This document shows positions 58,457 through 64,000 of a stretch of 64,000 bases of DNA, in pieces (positions within the stretch are counted from its first letter, which is position 1; the number at the start of each line of letters is the position of its first letter). A program made the position numbers and the translations under genes. This stretch comes from Candidatus Marinacidobacterales bacterium (GTDB lineage Bacteria > Acidobacteriota > Vicinamibacteria > Marinacidobacterales > DATDRI01), in contig OZ245365.1 in assembly GCA_965226495.1 (NCBI GenBank), positions 2,720,001 through 2,784,000 of the forward strand. The letters run 5' to 3'. Under the pieces are notes generated by a model, which worked only from the letters and a program-made list of their open reading frames with translations, was not told where the DNA came from and ran no database searches.

Positions 58457-59470
58457 TTGCTATCTATCGCTGAGATGTCGAGAAGAAAGGGCCATCTCGA
58501 GTGTGGCTACAAGAATCTCTTCGACTACTGCGTGAGGCGACTCCACTTGAGTGAAGGCTCGGTCGCCTTGCGGATCCAGGTCGCCAATGTGTCGAGGCGT
58601 TTTCCCCAGCTCCTCATTGCGTTGGCAGAAAACCGATTGAGTCTCACAGTGGCCGGTCTCTTGGCGCCCGTTCTCACGGAGAGCAACGTCGAGAGGCTCC
58701 TCGTGGATTGCGTCGGTATGACCAAGCGCGAGGCCGAGGAGTGCCTCGTCGCACTCCAGCCGAAGCCGGTCTTTGCCCCCTCGATTCGCAAATTGCCGTC
58801 TCCGGCCTCCCAGCGCCAGGCCACGTCACCCTCTCCGGCTCCGCTGCCGCAGGAGACACGCTCAACTCCGCGAGTGTCGCTGAGCATCCTCCAGCCGGCG
58901 AGGCCGGAGCTCTTCAATTTTCGTTTCGCTGCCGATCGGAAATTCAAAGACAAATTCGAGCGGCTCGCAGAAGTCCTCGATGTCCAGAACCCTCAACATC
59001 ACATGGCCGAGATCATGGAGCAAGCCTTGGACGTTGCTCTGGATAAGAAGGACGTGCAGAGGAAGCGTGCACGCCGACTACAGAGGGTGTCGAAAGGTAA
59101 CAAGAAATCTCGTCCAGACAAGGTTTTCGCGAAGTCTCGCTACATCCCGTCAGAGGTCCGAGAGCGCGTCCAAGAGCGGGCTGGATACCAGTGCCAATAC
59201 CGAGCTCCCGATGGAACCCGGTGTCGGTCAAGAACGGGACTTCAGGTTGAGCACCTGCGACCCTTTGCTTTGCATCGCAGCCACGACGAGAAGTATCTGC
59301 GGCTCTACTGCGACCCTCACAATCGTTTGAGCGCCGAGCGGGTCTACGGTGCCGCATTCATCCGGGGGAAGGTCGATGCCTCCCGGCGCAGACACTCCGA
59401 GCGGCAGAGTGGCAGCAAAACGCCTGAAGCTCAATCCGAGGATGGGGTACCACCCGGACCTCAGGCGTGA
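58457..59470 (+). CDS. DUF222-like / HNH endonuclease protein, 5' end apparently eroded
   Basis: GYKNLFDYC..L.LSEG, SRYIP.EVR..V.ERAGYQC...C...LQVEH..P...C..HN; no clear RBS at the TTG start. Confidence 0.75.
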   Translation: MLSIAEMSRRKGHLECGYKNLFDYCVRRLHLSEGSVALRIQVANVSRRFPQLLIALAENRLSLTVAGLLAPVLTESNVERLLVDCVGMTKREAEECLVALQPKPVFAPSIRKLPSPASQRQATSPSPAPLPQETRSTPRVSLSILQPARPELFNFRFAADRKFKDKFERLAEVLDVQNPQHHMAEIMEQALDVALDKKDVQRKRARRLQRVSKGNKKSRPDKVFAKSRYIPSEVRERVQERAGYQCQYRAPDGTRCRSRTGLQVEHLRPFALHRSHDEKYLRLYCDPHNRLSAERVYGAAFIRGKVDASRRRHSERQSGSKTPEAQSEDGVPPGPQA

Positions 59471-59599
59471 CAGGCCGGGGAAGGCGTTCAAGCCGAGAAA
59501 TCAACCAGTTAGGCTCTCGGGTTTATGCTCCTTTGGTACCCGTTAGGACCGCTTCACTGCACAATTACCGCACAGAGCGAAGACCCTAGGCCTTTCCCT

Positions 59600-59628
59600 T
59601 GGACAGTTTGGCTTTGCCCGAATAGAAT
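59600..59628 (+). promoter_or_regulatory. sigma70 promoter of the kinase gene
   Basis: TGGACA, 17 nt, TAGAAT. Confidence 0.55.
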
Positions 59629-59666
59629 GTCCTCCTTGGCTGGTGGTGACTCCCGAAAGCCAGACG

Positions 59667-62315
59667 ATGCCCCTACAATCTGGAACCAAGCTTGGGCCAT
59701 ATGAGATTGTTGCGCCCATCGGCGCGGGTGGAATGGGTGAAGTCTACAAAGCCAAGGACACTCGCCTTGATCGCACCGTCGCCATCAAGGTTCTTCCTTC
59801 TCACCTTTCCGATAACGCCCGGCTCAAAGAACGCTTCGAGCGCGAGGCGCGGGCTGTCTCCAGCTTGAATCATCCTCACATCTGCACGCTCTACGACATC
59901 GGCAGCGAGAACGGCGTGGACTTCATGGTGATGGAGCACATCGAAGGCGAGACACTGGCTGACCGTTTGAAGAAAGGTGCATTGCCTCTCGACCAAGCGC
60001 TTCGCCATGCCATCGAGATCGCCGACGCTCTGGACAAGGCCCACCGGCAAGGTGTGGTGCATCGGGATCTGAAGCCCGGCAACATCATGCTCACCAAGTC
60101 GGGAGCGAAGCTATTGGACTTCGGGCTGGCGAAGATGGCCGGAACTGGCGCTGGCGCGAGTGACTCAGCTCTGCCGACCGAAGCGAAGTCGCTCACCGCG
60201 GAAGGCTCCATCCTGGGCACGTTTCAATACATGGCCCCCGAGCAACTCGAAGGGAAAGAAGCTGACGCTCGGACGGACATCTTCGCCTTTGGTGCCGTGC
60301 TGTACGAGATGGTGACAGGGCGAAAGGCGTTCGAGGGCAAGAGCCAGGCGAGCTTGATTAGCGCCATCATGAAAGACGAGCCGCAGCCGATTTCCCAACT
60401 TCAGTCCATGTCGCCTCCGGCTCTGGACCATGTCGTCAAGACGTGCCTCGCCAAAGAAGCGGACAAGCGCTGGCAGAGTGCTGGTGATCTGGAGCGTGAG
60501 TTGAACTGGATCGCCGAGGTCGGTTCAGAGTCGGGCATGTCCATGCCGGTGGGGGCAAGGCCGAGAAGCCGTGACCTCGCCTGGGGGCTGTCGCTGTTGC
60601 TCGCGGTGATCGTCACTGGCGTCGCGGTTTGGCAAGTGACGCGTCCCGCGGAAACGCCACGACCCGTCGTACGGTCTTCGCTTCCGTTGCCCTCGGGCGT
60701 CACGCTGACGGGTTGGGTTCGTCACGCCGTGGCTCTCTCTTCGGACGGCACCCGCCTCGTGTACAATGCCAACCAGCAGCTCTACTTCCGTGCCATGGAC
60801 CAAACGGAGGCGACTCCCATCCGGGGCACCGAGAATGCTCTAAGTCCCTTCTTCTCTCCCGACGGTGAGTGGGTAGGATTCTGGGCAGAGGGCCAGCTCA
60901 AGAAGGTCGCCATCAGCGGTGGCGCATCCGTGCGCCTATGTGACGCTGGAGGTATGGGGGGCGCGGGCGTTCCGCGCCCTCGGTGGGGAGCCGACGACAC
61001 CATTGTTTTCGGGCAACGTGGGGCTGGCATCATGCAGGTGTCCGCCGGTGGAGGCACGCCCGAGGTTCTCATCCCGCTGGACACAACGGAAGAGGTCGGC
61101 CATGGCCCGCAGGTCTTGCCGGGCGAAAAAGCCGTGCTCTTTACCCTCGAGGACGGTTCGAGATGGGACGACGCCCAGATCGTGGTGCATTCTCTCGAGA
61201 CCGGTGAGAGAAAGGTTCTGATCGAAAGCGGCAAAGACGCCCGCTACGTACCCACGGGGCACCTCGTCTACGTCTTGGATGGAACGCTTTTGGCCGTGCC
61301 GTTTGATGTGGACAAGCTCGAGGTGACGGGCGGTCCCATACCCATGGCCGAGGGCGTCATAACCGCTGGGCCTGCCGCACAGTTCAGCGTTTCGGACACC
61401 GGTGCCTTGGTCTATGTGACCGGCAGTGCTCTAGCGGTCCGCACGCTTGTCTGGGTGGATCGGGACGGAAGAGAAGAGGCACTGGCAGCCGAGCCGCGTG
61501 CCTATGTGTATCCACGTATCTCTCCGGATGGGGGCCGTCTCGCCGTCTTTCTGGCCGCCCCGGATGACGACATCTGGATTTGGGACTTCGCCCACGAGAC
61601 ACTGACCCCGCTCACGTTCGGCTCGGACCTCAACCCAGTTTGGACGCCGGACGGGAGACAGGTGGCGTTCGCCTCTCGCCGTGACGGAACAGCGAACCTT
61701 TACTTGAAAGCGGCCGACGGCACGGGCGCGGTCGAGCGACTGACCGAAAGCGAGAACCCGCAATTTCCATACGCCTTCACCCCGGACGGGAGGCAGTTGG
61801 TGTTTCTCGAAATAGATGAGCCAAACTTAGACCTCGTAGTGCTTTCCCTCGAGGGCTCTCCGGAGCCCCTTCTGGCGACTGAGTTCTCAGAACGGAACGG
61901 GGAGATCTCTCCCGACGGCCTGTGGCTGGCCTACGAGTCGAACGCCTCGGGCCAATACGAGATCTACGTGCGGCCGTTCCCGAACGTCGAGGATGGACAG
62001 TGGCTGATCTCGAGGGGCGGTGGTGCGCGGCCTCTGTGGGCTCCGGACGGCCGCGAGTTGTTCTATCTGACTCCCGGCAGAAGACTGATGGCGGTCGGTG
62101 TTCAGACCGAGCCTAGCTTCGCTCCCGGTGCCGCCGAGGAGGTCTTCGGGGGGTACTACGCGGGAGCCGCATTCGGACGCACCTACGACATCTCCCCCGA
62201 TGGCGAGCGCTTCCTGATGATCAAGGAAAGCGGGAGCGACGAGACTTCCTCGACGGAGTTCATCCTCGTCCTCAATTGGTTCGAGGAATTGAAGCGGCTC
62301 GTCCCAACCAACTAA
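59667..62315 (+). CDS. Hanks-type Ser/Thr kinase with a TM helix and TolB/PD40 beta-propellers
   Basis: GAGGMGEVY, VAIKVL, HRDLKPGN, DFGLAK, YMAPE, repeated SPDG blades, VLNWFEELK end. Confidence 0.95.
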   Translation: MPLQSGTKLGPYEIVAPIGAGGMGEVYKAKDTRLDRTVAIKVLPSHLSDNARLKERFEREARAVSSLNHPHICTLYDIGSENGVDFMVMEHIEGETLADRLKKGALPLDQALRHAIEIADALDKAHRQGVVHRDLKPGNIMLTKSGAKLLDFGLAKMAGTGAGASDSALPTEAKSLTAEGSILGTFQYMAPEQLEGKEADARTDIFAFGAVLYEMVTGRKAFEGKSQASLISAIMKDEPQPISQLQSMSPPALDHVVKTCLAKEADKRWQSAGDLERELNWIAEVGSESGMSMPVGARPRSRDLAWGLSLLLAVIVTGVAVWQVTRPAETPRPVVRSSLPLPSGVTLTGWVRHAVALSSDGTRLVYNANQQLYFRAMDQTEATPIRGTENALSPFFSPDGEWVGFWAEGQLKKVAISGGASVRLCDAGGMGGAGVPRPRWGADDTIVFGQRGAGIMQVSAGGGTPEVLIPLDTTEEVGHGPQVLPGEKAVLFTLEDGSRWDDAQIVVHSLETGERKVLIESGKDARYVPTGHLVYVLDGTLLAVPFDVDKLEVTGGPIPMAEGVITAGPAAQFSVSDTGALVYVTGSALAVRTLVWVDRDGREEALAAEPRAYVYPRISPDGGRLAVFLAAPDDDIWIWDFAHETLTPLTFGSDLNPVWTPDGRQVAFASRRDGTANLYLKAADGTGAVERLTESENPQFPYAFTPDGRQLVFLEIDEPNLDLVVLSLEGSPEPLLATEFSERNGEISPDGLWLAYESNASGQYEIYVRPFPNVEDGQWLISRGGGARPLWAPDGRELFYLTPGRRLMAVGVQTEPSFAPGAAEEVFGGYYAGAAFGRTYDISPDGERFLMIKESGSDETSSTEFILVLNWFEELKRLVPTN

Positions 62316-62435
62316 GGACACGAACCCACCGGTTGGACCACCGGCCTAACGCACCAAAGCGGAATCACTAGTCGGGTGTATGACAGTCGATTAGAGCGGC
62401 TTGTGCATTTCCTGTACGAGTAGTCGCCAGGGGAG

Positions 62436-62506
62436 CTCGCCCAGCGAGCGTAAGAATGCCGTGAGGGGTGCCTTGCGCCCCGAGGTGGGCAATGCGCCAG
62501 GACTCG
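62436..62506 (-). pseudogene. Diverged fragment of the pheS 5' region
   Basis: Aligns to 57901-57970 at 59/70 identity plus a 1-nt insertion; encodes ESWRIAHLG/RKAPLTAFLRSLGE. Confidence 0.88.
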
Positions 62507-62821
62507 CGGCGACGGTCGGTACTGGCGTCTGGCGCGCTTGGTGATTGGCACCGTCCTCGATTGATAGCGGACGCTTCGGACAAAGCGCACCGTAAATGTC
62601 TCTCCGCGAAAAAAAACTACGTTTTCTCTTGACAAGATCCCACAGCAAGGTTTTGAAAGTTTCCTAATGTTTTCGTAGTACTATCTCTAAAGCGTACGTT
62701 GGCGCCCTAGTCAACACCAAGAACCTTCGAGACAAAAACTTCATCGAAGCACATTCCTCCCGACTCGCGTCATCTCAAGGCCCAAAAAAGTGCGTTGTTA
62801 TATTAGTCGTGAGGAGGACTA

Positions 62822-63910
62822 GTGATGTTTAACAAGTTATTGAAATCGATTTCGGATGATGAGCTACTTCGCCGCTTGTCTGGGCTGGTAGAAAAATCGC
62901 GACGCGTCGAATCCGAGCTGGTCGCGCATGTTGCCGAAGTGGACGAGCGGCGTCTCTATGCACGGGAAGCTTGCTCCTCCATGTTTACTTATTGCACCGA
63001 GGTGTTACACATGTCGGAGGCCGAAGCGTATCTCCGGATTCGAGTCGCGCGCGCTTCGCGAAAACATCCCGAGCTTCTGAGGATGCTTCAAGACGGGCGT
63101 ATTCATTTGACCGGTGCGGCCAAGCTTTCGCCACACCTCACCGAGGCGAATCGGGACGCGGTTTTGCCGCGCGCGGCGCACAAGTCCAAGGCAAAGATCG
63201 AGGAGCTGGTGGCCGAGGTCGCGCCGAAGCCTGATGTTGCGCCCAAGATACGCAAGCTTCCCGCCCCCGCCCAACTGCGTCCGGACACAGTTGTGTTACC
63301 AAAGGCCACAGTGCCAAGGCCAGTAGAACCTCTGGCCCCTGAGCGTTACAAAGTCCAGTTCACGGCCAGCGCGGAGCTCAAAGACAAGATCGAGCGTCTG
63401 CGCGCACTCATGCCCGACAGAGATCTAGCTGTCATCATTGACGAAGCGGTGACGGAGAAGCTGGGGAGGTTAGAGTCGAGGCGCTACGGTAAGACGCGGG
63501 CGCCGAGACGGGATCTCAAAGACACCGACACATCGCCGTCGTCACGCTACATCCCCGCCCCGGTGAGGCGTGCCGTGAGCGAGCGGGACGGAAATCAATG
63601 CACTTTTGTGGACGGGCACGGTAGGCGTTGTCGGGAGCGCTCCCAACTGCAGTTTCACCATAAAGACCCCTTCGCCCGAGGGGGGGACCACAGCGTCGTC
63701 AACATCCAAATGATGTGTCCCATGCACAACCAGTACTTAGCGGAGTGCGACTACGGGAAGGGGGTGATGGACCGATACCGCCGCTCAGGCAGCCTCGCAC
63801 ACGAGCCAGGACCCGTCTACTCGTACTCTGGAGGCTCTGCTAATTCCGGCCGCTCGATTCCTTATCAACCATTATCCTCATCGCACGACATGATCTGGCG
63901 AAGCATGTGA
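62822..63910 (+). CDS. DUF222-like / HNH endonuclease protein, intact
   Basis: GAGGAGG RBS; ISDDELL..L..LV, CSSMFTYC..L.MSE.EAY.RI, SRYIPAPVRRAVSERDGNQC...C...LQFHHKDP...N..MC.MHN. Confidence 0.88.
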   Translation: MMFNKLLKSISDDELLRRLSGLVEKSRRVESELVAHVAEVDERRLYAREACSSMFTYCTEVLHMSEAEAYLRIRVARASRKHPELLRMLQDGRIHLTGAAKLSPHLTEANRDAVLPRAAHKSKAKIEELVAEVAPKPDVAPKIRKLPAPAQLRPDTVVLPKATVPRPVEPLAPERYKVQFTASAELKDKIERLRALMPDRDLAVIIDEAVTEKLGRLESRRYGKTRAPRRDLKDTDTSPSSRYIPAPVRRAVSERDGNQCTFVDGHGRRCRERSQLQFHHKDPFARGGDHSVVNIQMMCPMHNQYLAECDYGKGVMDRYRRSGSLAHEPGPVYSYSGGSANSGRSIPYQPLSSSHDMIWRSM

Positions 63911-64000
63911 GCCCGGCAATGTTTCTGAATGGCGGGGCCAGCGGCCAATTTGCTAGTCGTCGAGACCCCCGTTGCTGGAACCGTGAGCTGGTGCATTGCG

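Noticed and set aside
62436-62506. Diversity-generating retroelement template/variable repeat pair with pheS
   Set aside because: Mismatches follow codon position, not adenine specificity, and no reverse transcriptase is in the window.
58457-63910. IscB, Cas9 or TnpB identity for the HNH proteins
   Set aside because: No PLMP N-terminus or RuvC motifs recognised; the HNH-like motif is C-terminal after a helical DUF222-like region.

Overview
GC-rich bacterial chromosomal window. Gene content (Ser/Thr kinase fused to a TolB-like propeller, SpoIVB/S55 plus beta-propeller pair, DUF222-like HNH proteins, hisZ with short hisG) suggests Acidobacteriota, probably Vicinamibacteria-like; this is inference. 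1-15.5 kb is accessory: PLP decarboxylase, AAA-wHTH ATPase, beta-barrels, DUF3604, phosphoesterase, TonB receptor, a frameshifted sulfatase, a CDGSH protein and a RelE/RHH toxin-antitoxin pair. 15.6-25 kb is housekeeping: tlpA-trxB-trxA and rsmA-rnj-uppP-ftsK-amidase. 26-42 kb holds a Fic-GGDEF-DnaJ trio and a joint aroDE-hisZGDCBHAF(IE)-chorismate mutase-aroF-tyrA operon. 42-58 kb holds the SpoIVB pair, ECF sigma/anti-sigma, TPR protein, M24 peptidase and pheST. 58-64 kb holds two HNH genes flanking a kinase. Strongest unannotated signals: (1) a His/Tyr-rich leader peptide with a complete attenuator architecture ahead of the joint His plus aromatic operon; (2) a diverged pheS fragment, nearly all changes synonymous, placed before the second HNH gene just as intact pheS precedes the first; (3) a structured, apparently plus-strand ncRNA candidate at 53.4-53.9 kb; (4) a 163-bp MITE-like element and two REP-like repeat families. 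All calls come from manual reading; no database searches were run.
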